Assembly: GCA_051007175.1 (NCBI GenBank)
Contig: JBPCSL010000014.1
Span: 1 to 44,638 of the forward strand
Direction: 5' to 3'
Source of the DNA: Candidatus Nanopelagicales bacterium
GTDB lineage: Bacteria > Actinomycetota > Actinomycetes > S36-B12
Length of the DNA: 44,638 nucleotides
Position numbers and translations under genes: made by a program. A model generated the notes under the pieces. That model made no database searches. It was given only the letters and a program-made list of their open reading frames with translations, and was not told where the DNA came from. Below are positions 18,759 to 27,423 of this stretch, piece after piece. Numbering within the stretch: the stretch's first letter is position 1; each line of letters begins with the position of its first letter.

Positions 18759-18839
18759 CACGACCGTAACCGCGGGCGCCGGCTCGTCACGCCGGCGAAA
18801 CACGTCACGCCACTCCTGGCAACGTCGGGCCTCCAGACT
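18755..18839 (+). promoter_or_regulatory. Candidate GlnR-box array plus -10-like CAGACT upstream of amtB
   Basis: The array reads GTAAC(18755)-n6-GTAAC(18766) and GTCAC(18786)-n6-GAAAC(18797), with an extra GTCAC at 18804. CAGACT lies at 18834-18839, about 55 nt before the amtB GTG. Pattern match to the published gTnAc-n6-GaAAc consensus only. Confidence 0.4.
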
Positions 18840-18894
18840 CCGGGAGTCAACGGGGTGAGAGGCGGCACCCTTCCTGGTCTGCGGGAGGTGGGAA

Positions 18895-20226
18895 GTGGAC
18901 GGAGTCGAGCTCAGCGCGGGCGATACCGCGTGGGTGCTCACGGCCGCGGCACTGGTCTTGCTCATGACGCCAGCGGTCGCGTTCTTCTACGGCGGCATGG
19001 TGCGGGCGAAGGCCGTGCTCAACATGATGATGATGTCGTTCCTCGCGATCGGCATCGTCTCGATCCTGTGGGTGGCCTTCGGCTATTCGATCGCCTTCGG
19101 CGACGGGGGCAACGGCTTCATGGGCGACCTGTCTCTCTCGGGCCTGCAGTCGCTGGTCGGCGAGCTCGCCGTGAACGGCGGCGTCTACCCGATCCCCGCG
19201 CTGGTCTTCGCGATGTTCCAGCTGATGTTCGCCGTCATCACCGTGGCCCTCATCACGGGTGCCATCGCGGATCGCACGAAGTTCCTCGCCTGGGGGATCT
19301 TCGCGGGCGTGTGGGTCACCCTCGTGTACTTCCCGGTGGCCCATTGGGTGTTCGATTTCGGCGACACCGAGCTGGGCGGATCCGGCGCCGGCTGGCTCGC
19401 GAACCTCGGCGTGCTGGACTTCGCCGGTGGCACCGCGGTCCACATCAACGCGGGCGCCGCCGCCCTGGCCCTCGTGCTCGTCATCGGCAAGCGCGTCGGC
19501 TTCGGCCGGGTGCCCATGAAGCCGCACAGCCTGCCCTTCGTCCTGCTCGGCGCCGCCCTGCTGTTCTTCGGCTGGTTCGGCTTCAATGCCGGGTCGGCGC
19601 TGAGCGCGGGTCAGCTTGCCGCGCTCGCGTTCACCAACACGATGGTGGCGACGGCCGCGGGCATCCTCGGCTGGCTGCTGGTCGAGAAGTTCCGCGACGG
19701 TCACGCGACCAGCCTGGGAGCGGCCTCCGGCGCCGTGGCCGCGCTGGTCGCCATCACGCCCGCCTGCGCATTCGTCGCCCCGTGGGGGGCGATCATCATC
19801 GGCCTCCTGGCCGGCGTCATCTGCGCCTTCGCGGTCACGCTGAAGTACCGACTCGGGTACGACGATTCGCTCGACGTCGTCGGAGTCCATATGGTCGGCG
19901 GCATCGTGGGCTGCCTGCTCATCGGGTTCTTCGCCACGACCGACGTCAACGAGCTGGGCAAGGATGGGCTCTTCTACGGAGGGGGATGGGGAGTCCTGGG
20001 CACCCAGGCCATCGGCGCGTTCGCGGTGCTCGCCTACTCCTTCGTCATCACCGTCGTGCTCGCCCTCATCCTCAAGGCCACGGTGGGCCTGCGCATCAGC
20101 AAGGATGACGAGCAGGCGGGCATCGACCTCGCGGTTCACGCGGAGACGGCGTACGAACTCGGGGACTCCGGCGGCGGGGGAGTCTTCGCCGGCGTCGGGC
20201 ACCACGCTCACGGAGGGGAGAGGTAG
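18895..20226 (+). CDS. amtB: Ammonium transporter
   Basis: GTG 18895 follows GGGAGGTGGGAA. Contains FFYGGMVRAKAVLN and AGGTAVHINAGAAAL, with multiple TM helices. Length is 443 aa. Confidence 0.93.
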   Translation: MDGVELSAGDTAWVLTAAALVLLMTPAVAFFYGGMVRAKAVLNMMMMSFLAIGIVSILWVAFGYSIAFGDGGNGFMGDLSLSGLQSLVGELAVNGGVYPIPALVFAMFQLMFAVITVALITGAIADRTKFLAWGIFAGVWVTLVYFPVAHWVFDFGDTELGGSGAGWLANLGVLDFAGGTAVHINAGAAALALVLVIGKRVGFGRVPMKPHSLPFVLLGAALLFFGWFGFNAGSALSAGQLAALAFTNTMVATAAGILGWLLVEKFRDGHATSLGAASGAVAALVAITPACAFVAPWGAIIIGLLAGVICAFAVTLKYRLGYDDSLDVVGVHMVGGIVGCLLIGFFATTDVNELGKDGLFYGGGWGVLGTQAIGAFAVLAYSFVITVVLALILKATVGLRISKDDEQAGIDLAVHAETAYELGDSGGGGVFAGVGHHAHGGER

Positions 20227-20565
<339 letters not shown>

Positions 20566-20569
20566 GCCG

Positions 20570-22933
20570 GTGACCGTGGACGCCACCGCCTATCGGGACG
20601 CCCGGCGCGGACTCCTCGCCCAGGAGGCCCTCGGTGCCGTGCAGGACGGCACAGCCGTCCCCGTCGGGCTCTCCCGGTCGGATCGGCGCCGGGCTCTCGT
20701 TGATCTCACCGATGCGTGGCTGTCGCAGGTCTTCGCGGCCTCGGGGGCCGCGGACGCCGGATGCGCGCTGGTGGCGGTCGGCGGCTACGGGCGGGGCGAC
20801 CTCGCCCCGGGCAGCGACCTCGACCTGCTCCTGCTGACACCGGACACCTCCGCGGTCGAGGATGTCGCCGAGCGCCTGTGGTACCCCGTGTGGGACTCCG
20901 GGGTCCGTGTCGATCACAGCGTGCGCACGGTCGCGCAGGCGCGGCGTATGGCAGCGCAGGACATGCGCGTGATGCTGGGCCTGCTGGACCTGCGCGTGGT
21001 GGCGGGGGACCCGGGGCATGGCGAGCGACTCAGTGCCGCGGTGCTCGGCGACTGGCGTGCGCTGGCGCGCCGTCGCCTCCCGGACCTGCGCGCCACGGTG
21101 CTCGAGCGGCGGGACAGGCGGGGCGACCTCGCGGACCTGCTGGAGCCTGACCTCAAGGAGTCCTACGGCGGCCTGCGCGATGTGACGATCCTCCGCGCGG
21201 TGGCGGCCTCGTGGCTGACTGACGTACCGCATGCGGGAGTCGATATCGCGCGTGAGCGACTCCTCGACATGCGCGACGCCCTGCACGAGGAGGCCCTCGT
21301 CGAGGAGCGCCGGCCCGCCGATGTCCTGCGCCTGCAGGACCAGGACGCCGTGGCCGTCCGGATGGGGATGGTCGACGCGGATGAGCTGCTGCGCGCGGTC
21401 TCGCAGGCAGCGCGGGAGGTGTCGTACGCCTCCGAGCTCACCTGGCACCGCGTCGAGCGACTCAGCCGACCGCGCACGGTCCTCGGTCGCCGGGTACGCC
21501 GTTCCGCGACGGCGCGCGTGCCGCTGGCGGACGGGGTCGTGGCCCATGACGGCGAGGTGGTCCTCTCCGTCGACGTTCGGCCTGAGCGCGATCCAGTCCT
21601 CGTGCTGCGCGTCGCCGCGGCGGCCGCCCAGGCGGGTCTTCCCATCGCGCCGGCGACCCTGCATCGGCTCGCGTCGGAGTCGGCGCCCATGCCGGTCCCC
21701 TGGCCTCCCGGTGCGCGTGACGCCTTCGTGTCCCTCCTGGGTGCTGGGCCCGCGCTCGTGCCGACCTGGGAGTCGCTCGATCGCGCGGGGCTGATCGCGC
21801 CGCTCATCCCCGAGTGGGATCCCGTGCGCTCGGCGCCGCAGCGCAATCCCGTGCACGTCTTCCGCGTGGACCGGCACCTGGTGGAGACGGCCGCGCAGGC
21901 GAGCCAGCGAGTGAGGCGCGTCGATCGCCCTGACCTGCTGCTCGTCGGAGCCCTTCTCCACGACATCGGCAAGGGGCGTCCCGGGGATCACACCGAGGTC
22001 GGCATGGCCCTCGTCGAGCGCCTCGCTCCGAGGCTCGGCTTCGATGAGGGCGACTCGTGCACGCTGGTCACGCTGGTGCAGCATCACCTCCTCCTGCCCG
22101 AGATGGCCACGCGCCGCGACCTCGACGATCCGGCGACGGTCCAGCAGGTCGCCGTGGCCGTGGCGGATCGACGTACCCTCGATCTCCTCCATGCGTTGAC
22201 CGAGGCCGACGCCGCGGCCACGGGACCGGCGGCATGGAGCGAGTGGAAGGCCGGCCTCATCGAGACGCTCGTCGCGAAGGTGCGTGCGACCCTCGCCGGA
22301 GAGGTCGTCGTCGAGCCCGCTGTCGCCGAGACGGACACCGGGCTCCTGCAGGCACCGGGCCTGCAGGTGTCGATGGAGTCCTCTCCCGCGGCGACCACGG
22401 TCATCGTGGTGGCCGACGACAGACCGGGGCTCCTCGGTGACATCGCGGGCGTCCTCGCGCTCAATCGCCTGGAGGTGCGCTCGGCCGACACGCGGACTGT
22501 GGGCGCGCGCGCGATCAGCGCCTGGACGGTCCTTCCCCTCTTCGGTGAGCCCCCGGCAGTGGAGCAGGTGCGCATCGACCTGGAGCGTGCGCTGTCGGGA
22601 AGCCTTGACGTGGCAGCACGGCTCGCGGCGCGGGACCGGCGGCGGGTGCCCGCGGCCGCCCCGGCGCGCGTGGAGTTCATCTCGGGCGCCGCCTCGTCGG
22701 CCGACGTGCTGGAGGTGCGGGCACATGACGAGCCGGCCCTGCTGTACCGGCTGGGGCGCGTCCTGGCGACGACGGGAGCCTCCATCACCGCGGCGCGCGT
22801 GGCCACCATCGGCTCCGAGGCGATCGACTGCTTCTATGTCCAGTGCCCGGACGGTTCACGCCTCGATTCGGACGATCGTGCGCGCATCGTGGCGGCGGTG
22901 CTGGCCGAGCTGCGCCCCGGGTCCGCGGACTAG
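20570..22933 (+). CDS. glnD: [Protein-PII] uridylyl/adenylyl-transferase
   Basis: GGYGRGDLAPGSDLDLLLL is the nucleotidyltransferase motif and LLHDIGKG marks the HD domain. C-terminal ACT-like repeats are present. The start is GTG 20570 or 20576, just after the glnK stop. Confidence 0.9.
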   Translation: MTVDATAYRDARRGLLAQEALGAVQDGTAVPVGLSRSDRRRALVDLTDAWLSQVFAASGAADAGCALVAVGGYGRGDLAPGSDLDLLLLTPDTSAVEDVAERLWYPVWDSGVRVDHSVRTVAQARRMAAQDMRVMLGLLDLRVVAGDPGHGERLSAAVLGDWRALARRRLPDLRATVLERRDRRGDLADLLEPDLKESYGGLRDVTILRAVAASWLTDVPHAGVDIARERLLDMRDALHEEALVEERRPADVLRLQDQDAVAVRMGMVDADELLRAVSQAAREVSYASELTWHRVERLSRPRTVLGRRVRRSATARVPLADGVVAHDGEVVLSVDVRPERDPVLVLRVAAAAAQAGLPIAPATLHRLASESAPMPVPWPPGARDAFVSLLGAGPALVPTWESLDRAGLIAPLIPEWDPVRSAPQRNPVHVFRVDRHLVETAAQASQRVRRVDRPDLLLVGALLHDIGKGRPGDHTEVGMALVERLAPRLGFDEGDSCTLVTLVQHHLLLPEMATRRDLDDPATVQQVAVAVADRRTLDLLHALTEADAAATGPAAWSEWKAGLIETLVAKVRATLAGEVVVEPAVAETDTGLLQAPGLQVSMESSPAATTVIVVADDRPGLLGDIAGVLALNRLEVRSADTRTVGARAISAWTVLPLFGEPPAVEQVRIDLERALSGSLDVAARLAARDRRRVPAAAPARVEFISGAASSADVLEVRAHDEPALLYRLGRVLATTGASITAARVATIGSEAIDCFYVQCPDGSRLDSDDRARIVAAVLAELRPGSAD

Positions 22934-22979
22934 TCTGTCCTGGCGCCCGGGGGTTCCGGGGCACTGATGTGAGGACCTG

Positions 22980-24512
22980 ATGTTCGCGAGCCTGTCCGAT
23001 CGCCTCTCGGCGACCTTCCGCAACCTGCGCGGCAAGGGACGCCTGTCGGAGGCCGACATCGACGAGACGGTGCGCGAGATCAGGATCGCGCTCCTGGACG
23101 CCGATGTCGCGCTCCCCGTGGTGCGCGAGTTCTGCGCCGCCGTCAAGGAGCGAGCGCTGTCAGCCGAGGTCTCCGGTGCGCTCAACCCTGCCCAGCAGGT
23201 CGTGAAGATCGTCCACGAGCAGCTCGTGACGATCCTCGGCGGCGAGACACGCCGCCTCCGGTTCGCCAAGCACCCGCCCACCGTGATCCTGCTCGCAGGC
23301 CTGCAGGGCGCGGGCAAGACGACGCTCGCCGGGAAGCTCGCGCGGCATCTCAGCGAGCAGGGACACACGCCGCTGCTCGTGGCCGCGGACCTCCAGCGCC
23401 CCAATGCTGTCGACCAATTGCGCATCGTCGGCGAGCGCGCAGGGGTGCCGGTCTTCGCGCCGGAGCCCGGCAACGGAGTCGGCGATCCGGTGACGGTCGC
23501 CCGCGATTCGATCGAGCGCGCCAAGACGCAGCTCCACGACATCGTCATCGTCGACACCGCGGGTCGCCTGGCGATCGACGCCGACCTCATGCGGCAGCTT
23601 CGTGACGTGCGCGATGCCGTCGAGCCCGATGAGGTCCTCCTCGTCGTCGATGCCATGATTGGCCAGGACGCCGTGCGCACGGCCGAGGAGTTCGAGGCCG
23701 GGGTCGGATTCGACGGCGTCGTCCTCACCAAGCTCGACGGCGATGCCCGGGGCGGTGCTGCGCTCTCCATCGTCTCCGTCACCGGCCGGCCGATCCTCTT
23801 CGCGTCGATCGGGGAGAAGCTCGAGGACTTCGAGGCGTTCCATCCCGATCGGATGGCCTCGCGCATCCTCGACATGGGAGACGTGCTCACCCTCATCGAG
23901 CAGGCCGAGCGTGCCTTCGACGCCGACGAGGCCGAGCGCATGGCACGCAAGGTCCAGCAGGGGGAGGACTTCACCCTCGAGGACTTCCTTGGCCAGATGC
24001 AGGCCGTCAAGAAGATGGGCTCGCTCGGGAAGATCCTCGGCATGCTGCCGGGCATGGGCGACATGAAGGCACAGCTCGACCAGGTCGACGAGCGCGAGCT
24101 CGATCGGGTCGCTGCCATCATCCAGTCGATGACGCCGCAGGAGCGCAAGGACCCCAAGGTCCTCAATGCCTCGCGTCGGGCCCGCATCGCGCGCGGCTCC
24201 GGCACCCAGGTGAGCGATGTCAACGGCCTGGTGGATCGCTTCGGCGAGGCCCAGAAGATGATGCGCCAGATGCGCGGCGGCAAGGGCATGCCCGCGATGC
24301 CGGGGATGCCCGGATTCGGTGCGGGCGGTGGCAAGAAGTCGAAGGGTCGCTCGGGCAAGGCCCCCGCGAAGGCGAAGAAGGGGCGCAGCGGCAACCCGGC
24401 GCTGCGGGCTGCCCAGGAGCGCGAAGCCGCGGTGCGGGCCACGGAGGCCCCGCCGCCTGCGGCTGATTTCGAACTGCCCGACGACATGCGCAAGCTCCTC
24501 GAGGGCAGCTAG
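22980..24512 (+). CDS. ffh: Signal recognition particle protein
   Basis: The N-terminus is MFASLSDRLSATFRNLRGKG. Contains LAGLQGAGKTTLAGKLA, a Met-rich M domain and a basic C-terminal tail. An SD (GAGGA) lies upstream. Confidence 0.96.
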   Translation: MFASLSDRLSATFRNLRGKGRLSEADIDETVREIRIALLDADVALPVVREFCAAVKERALSAEVSGALNPAQQVVKIVHEQLVTILGGETRRLRFAKHPPTVILLAGLQGAGKTTLAGKLARHLSEQGHTPLLVAADLQRPNAVDQLRIVGERAGVPVFAPEPGNGVGDPVTVARDSIERAKTQLHDIVIVDTAGRLAIDADLMRQLRDVRDAVEPDEVLLVVDAMIGQDAVRTAEEFEAGVGFDGVVLTKLDGDARGGAALSIVSVTGRPILFASIGEKLEDFEAFHPDRMASRILDMGDVLTLIEQAERAFDADEAERMARKVQQGEDFTLEDFLGQMQAVKKMGSLGKILGMLPGMGDMKAQLDQVDERELDRVAAIIQSMTPQERKDPKVLNASRRARIARGSGTQVSDVNGLVDRFGEAQKMMRQMRGGKGMPAMPGMPGFGAGGGKKSKGRSGKAPAKAKKGRSGNPALRAAQEREAAVRATEAPPPAADFELPDDMRKLLEGS

Positions 24513-24530
24513 CGTCCGCGTCAGGACAAC

Positions 24531-24567
24531 GCCCCGCACGCGCTGAGGCACGTGCGGGGCGCTTTAT
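24531..24567. terminator. Intrinsic-terminator-like hairpin between convergent ffh and the CMD-family gene
   Basis: GCCCCGCACG (24531-24540) pairs with CGTGCGGGGC (24551-24560) around a 10-nt loop. It is followed by GCTTTATG on the + strand. Confidence 0.55.
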
Positions 24568-24573
24568 GTCGTC

Positions 24574-24885
24574 CTAGGCGAGTTCCTCCGCCACGGCGAT
24601 CGCGACGCCGAGGGCCTCGGCGATGTTGCCGGCCGCGGTGATGACCTTGGCCGTGCCGACGATCGGAGCGACGGCGACGAGGACGTCCTGGACGTCGGCG
24701 AGCGTGACGCCGTTGTCGAGCGCTGCGCCGACGTGCATGAGGTACGACGCGACGGGGGCGTCCGCGGCCACGAGGGCGCTGATGCGCACGAGCAACAGGA
24801 CGGCGGGATCGAGTTCCACGCGGGCGAGCGACGCGGCGTTCATCTCGGCGAGGGTCTCGAGGACGGGAGCTTCTCCCTGGGCCAT
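24574..24885 (-). CDS. Small carboxymuconolactone decarboxylase (CMD/AhpD-like) family protein
   Basis: The ATG (CAT 24883-24885) is preceded by AAGGAGAA on the minus strand. It is a 103-aa all-helical Ala/Val/Leu-rich protein resembling the PF02627 family. The assignment is from memory and no CxxC motif is present. Confidence 0.55.
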   Translation of the reverse strand: MAQGEAPVLETLAEMNAASLARVELDPAVLLLVRISALVAADAPVASYLMHVGAALDNGVTLADVQDVLVAVAPIVGTAKVITAAGNIAEALGVAIAVAEELA

Positions 24886-24981
24886 GTGGGTTCTCCTTAG
24901 GTGGTGGCCGCACGCGGGGGCGGTGCGGGACCGACACTCTGGCAGGCAGGCCACGGGCCCCCGCGAGCGCCCCGGGACGGT

Positions 24982-25030
24982 GTTCTTTGGGCTGATCCGC
25001 AGGATGAGCCTGCAGAACAGCCCAAATAAC
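24982..25030. repeat. Long imperfect inverted repeat in a locally AT-richer patch
   Basis: Outer arms TTTGGGCTG (24986-24994) and CAGCCCAAA (25018-25026) pair, with flanking bases extending this to 12 of 14 matches. The inner stem is GCAGG/CCTGC around ATGAG. Confidence 0.7.
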
Positions 25031-25085
25031 GGGGGAAGGGTCCGTCGGGGGCGACCGCGTGCCGCGACGGTCCGTGGGGATGGCG

Positions 25086-25121
25086 CCCCGGGAGGGCCCG
25101 AGGCCCCGGGAGGGCCCGAGG
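25086..25121. repeat. 18-bp perfect tandem duplication CCCCGGGAGGGCCCGAGG x2 (plus a partial third copy)
   Basis: Read directly: 25086-25103 equals 25104-25121, followed by CCCCGGA. Just upstream is a spaced direct repeat, GGTCCGTCGGGG (25039-25050) and GGTCCGTGGGG (25069-25079). Confidence 0.9.
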
Positions 25122-25128
25122 CCCCGGA

Positions 25129-25159
25129 TTGGGCTCGGAAGGGCCTGGTCTGGCAGACT
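25129..25159 (+). promoter_or_regulatory. Candidate rpsP promoter: TTGGGC-19 nt-(TGG)CAGACT
   Basis: TTGGGC lies at 25129-25134 and CAGACT at 25154-25159, preceded by TGG (extended -10-like). This implies a leader of about 135 nt. Pattern match only. Confidence 0.3.
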
Positions 25160-25301
25160 CAGGCCCGCTGTACGCAGCCGTGGGTCCCTCTCAACCCCCG
25201 GCGGCGTACCCGCCGGGACCGGCGGCGACGCACCCCACGCGACGCCCAGGGCCCACCATGACCACCCTCGGGTGGCCGAATCGAATGGAGCAGTGCCGGC
25301 C

Positions 25302-25922
25302 GTGGCCGTCAAGATCAAGTTGAAGCGCGTGGGCAAGGTCCACGCCCCCCAGTACCGCGTCATCGTCGCCGACTCGCGCACCAAGCGCGATGGTCGCGCC
25401 ATCGAGGAGATCGGCATCTACCAGCCGATGCAGGACCCGAGCCTTATCCAGATCGACTCCGCGCGCGCCCAGCACTGGCTGAGCGTTGGCGCCCAGCCGA
25501 CCGAAGCCGTCCTGGTCCTGCTCAAGGTCACCGGTGACTGGCAGAAGTTCAAGGGACTGCCCGGCCAGGAGGGCACGCTGAAGGTCGCGGCCCCGAAGGA
25601 GTCCAAGGTCGTGGCCTACGAGGCCGCGGTCAAGGAGGCGGCCGACGAGCCCAAGACCCCCGCGCCCCGCAAGGTGGCCGAGAAGGTCGCCGAGGCAGCG
25701 GTCGCCGAGGCTGTGGCCGTGGCCGCGGCTGACGACGCCGTGCTCGCCGAGGCCGAAGCCATCGTCGAGATCGCCGAGGCCAACGCCGGTGAGATCTCCG
25801 CGGCGGAGGCCGAGGTCGCCGTGGCGGAGGCCATCGCCGCTGACGACGTGGCCGACGCGGCCGCGGTCGTGGCGGATGAGGCCGTGGCCGAGGCTGTCGA
25901 AGCGGCGGCTGAGGAAGCCTGA
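25302..25922 (+). CDS. rpsP: 30S ribosomal protein S16 with a long acidic Ala/Glu/Val-rich C-terminal extension
   Basis: The GTG 25302 translation [26 protein letters not shown] is the canonical S16 start. The canonical domain ends near aa 85 and the total length is 206 aa. Confidence 0.92.
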   Translation: MAVKIKLKRVGKVHAPQYRVIVADSRTKRDGRAIEEIGIYQPMQDPSLIQIDSARAQHWLSVGAQPTEAVLVLLKVTGDWQKFKGLPGQEGTLKVAAPKESKVVAYEAAVKEAADEPKTPAPRKVAEKVAEAAVAEAVAVAAADDAVLAEAEAIVEIAEANAGEISAAEAEVAVAEAIAADDVADAAAVVADEAVAEAVEAAAEEA

Positions 25923-25923
25923 C

Positions 25924-26163
25924 GTGCTCGAGGACGCCCTGGGCCATCTCGTCCGCGGGATCGTGGATAACCCCGACGATGTCGCCGTGCGCACCCGCCA
26001 GGGCAAGCGCGGCCGCTCGCTGGAGGTCCGCGTCAACCCCGAGGACATGGGCCGCGTGATCGGCCGCTCGGGCCGCACGGCCACGGCCCTGCGGACCGTG
26101 CTGTCGGCCATCGCACCTGAGCGGCACGTCCGCATCGACTTCCTCGACGTCGACGAACGCTGA
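25924..26163 (+). CDS. KH domain RNA-binding protein (YlqC-like)
   Basis: GTG 25924 lies 1 nt after the rpsP stop. EDMGRVIGRSGRTATALRTV is a KH GxxG motif. Length is 79 aa, in the conserved position between rpsP and rimM. Confidence 0.88.
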   Translation: MLEDALGHLVRGIVDNPDDVAVRTRQGKRGRSLEVRVNPEDMGRVIGRSGRTATALRTVLSAIAPERHVRIDFLDVDER

Positions 26164-26170
26164 GGCCCCC

Positions 26171-26683
26171 GTGCGGGTGGTCGTCGCGAAGGTGGGCCGC
26201 GCGCTCGGAGTGCGCGGCGACGTCCTCATCGACGTACGCACCGACGAGCCGGATAGGCGGCTCGTCCCGGGGGCGCCGCTCCTCGTCGCGGAATCCGATC
26301 GCGTCCTGCACATCGAGTCCGTCCGCGATCACTCCGGTCGGCTCTGCGTGCACTTCGAGGGAGTCGACGACCGCACGGCTGCCGAGGGCCTCACGGGACT
26401 CCTCCTGGAGGTTGAGCGGGCGCCCGACGAGCGACCCGAGGACCCCGACGAGTTCTACGACGACTCCCTCATCGGGCTGCGCGTGGTGACGGTCGAGGGG
26501 GATGAGGTCGGGGTCGTGGCCGAGGTCCTGCACCTCCCTGCCCAAGACGTGCTCGCCGTGCGAGCCGGTGAGCGCGAGGTGCTGGTCCCGTTCGTGGTCG
26601 AGATGGTGCCCACGGTCGACCTCGACGCCGGCCGCATCGTGATCCGGCCTCCCGAGGGCCTGCTCGAAATCGAGGACTCGTGA
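26171..26683 (+). CDS. rimM: Ribosome maturation factor RimM
   Basis: The N-terminus is [22 protein letters not shown] and a PRC-barrel C-terminus is present. Length is 170 aa. Confidence 0.92.
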   Translation: MRVVVAKVGRALGVRGDVLIDVRTDEPDRRLVPGAPLLVAESDRVLHIESVRDHSGRLCVHFEGVDDRTAAEGLTGLLLEVERAPDERPEDPDEFYDDSLIGLRVVTVEGDEVGVVAEVLHLPAQDVLAVRAGEREVLVPFVVEMVPTVDLDAGRIVIRPPEGLLEIEDS

Positions 26684-27378
26684 GGATCGACATCATCACG
26701 ATCTTCCCCGACTACCTGGGGCCTCTTGAGCTCTCGCTCGTGGGCAAGGCGCGCGAGGAGGGTCTCCTCGAGGTCGTCGTCCACGATCTGCGCGACTTCA
26801 CCCATGACCGCCACCGCACCGTCGATGACGAGCCCTATGGCGGGGGGCCGGGCATGGTGATGCGTCCGGAGCCGTGGGGCGAGGCCCTCGACTTCGTGCT
26901 GCCGCACCATGCATCGCCGCTGCTCGTGATCCCGACGCCGTCCGGTCATCCCTTCACGCAGGCCATGGCGCTCGACTGGTCCCGTCGCGCGGGCATGGTC
27001 ATCGCCTGCGGCCGCTATGAGGGAATCGACGCGCGCGTGGCCGAGGAGTACGCCGACGTCGCGGACGTGGTGCCGGTCTCCCTCGGAGACTACGTGCTGG
27101 CGGGCGGCGAGGTTGCCGCCCTGGCCATCGTCGAGGCCGTCGCGAGGCTGCTCCCCGGCGTCGTAGGCAACGAGGCGAGCATTGTCGACGACTCCTTCGC
27201 CCCCGGTGCGATGGAAGGCCTCGTCGAAGGGCCTGTCTACACCCGCCCGCCCGCCTGGCGCGGCCATGCCGTGCCGGAGGTCCTGCTCTCCGGGGACCAC
27301 GGCCGCATCTCCGCCTGGCGCCGTGAGCAGGCGGAACGCCGTACCCGCGCGATGAGGCCCGACCTCCTGGCGGAGTGA
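26680..27378 (+). CDS. trmD: tRNA (guanine37-N1)-methyltransferase
   Basis: The start forms a GTGA overlap with the rimM stop. Contains [27 protein letters not shown] and [11 protein letters not shown]. Confidence 0.96.
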   Translation: MRIDIITIFPDYLGPLELSLVGKAREEGLLEVVVHDLRDFTHDRHRTVDDEPYGGGPGMVMRPEPWGEALDFVLPHHASPLLVIPTPSGHPFTQAMALDWSRRAGMVIACGRYEGIDARVAEEYADVADVVPVSLGDYVLAGGEVAALAIVEAVARLLPGVVGNEASIVDDSFAPGAMEGLVEGPVYTRPPAWRGHAVPEVLLSGDHGRISAWRREQAERRTRAMRPDLLAE

Positions 27379-27414
27379 GGCGCCAGCCTCCATTTCCGCC
27401 CTTGGACGGGCGTG

Positions 27415-27423
27415 TGGCAGACT
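27415..27423 (+). promoter_or_regulatory. Candidate extended -10 element TGGCAGACT upstream of rplS
   Basis: The same 9-mer occurs upstream of rpsP (25151-25159). It lies 155 nt before the rplS ATG and has no good -35. Pattern match only. Confidence 0.25.

Noticed and set aside
18814-18832. TGGCAA-n5-GGC, resembling a sigma-54 -24/-12 promoter upstream of amtB. The TGGCAG in the rpsP and rplS 9-mers was considered the same way.
   Set aside because: The -12 element (TTGC) is missing. Actinobacteria are not known to encode sigma-54. A -10-type reading (CAGACT) fits better.
25086-25121. 18-bp tandem repeat considered as a CRISPR or minisatellite array
   Set aside because: There are only two and a half contiguous copies with no spacers. 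The repeat is too short and no cas genes are present. It is a simple tandem duplication.
25271-25300. GGCCGAATCGAATGG, which looks superficially like a tRNA T-arm
   Set aside because: There is no GTTCGAATC T-loop consensus, no acceptor or anticodon stems around it, and it lies in the rpsP leader next to the SD. It is not a tRNA.
25059-25301. N-terminal extension of the rpsP ORF (…[14 protein letters not shown]…) and analogous long in-frame extensions upstream of gpsA (36-314), thiL (3937-4269), rsmD (8580-9404), the DivIVA-like gene (9524-10498), lepB2 (28454-28789), dprA (31706-32164), xerC (32971-33309) and pyrH (36063-36728)
   Set aside because: The extensions are Arg/Pro/Gly-rich and overlap upstream genes in other frames or non-coding repeats. 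Canonical N-termini with SD sequences or stop/start overlaps lie at the internal starts chosen.
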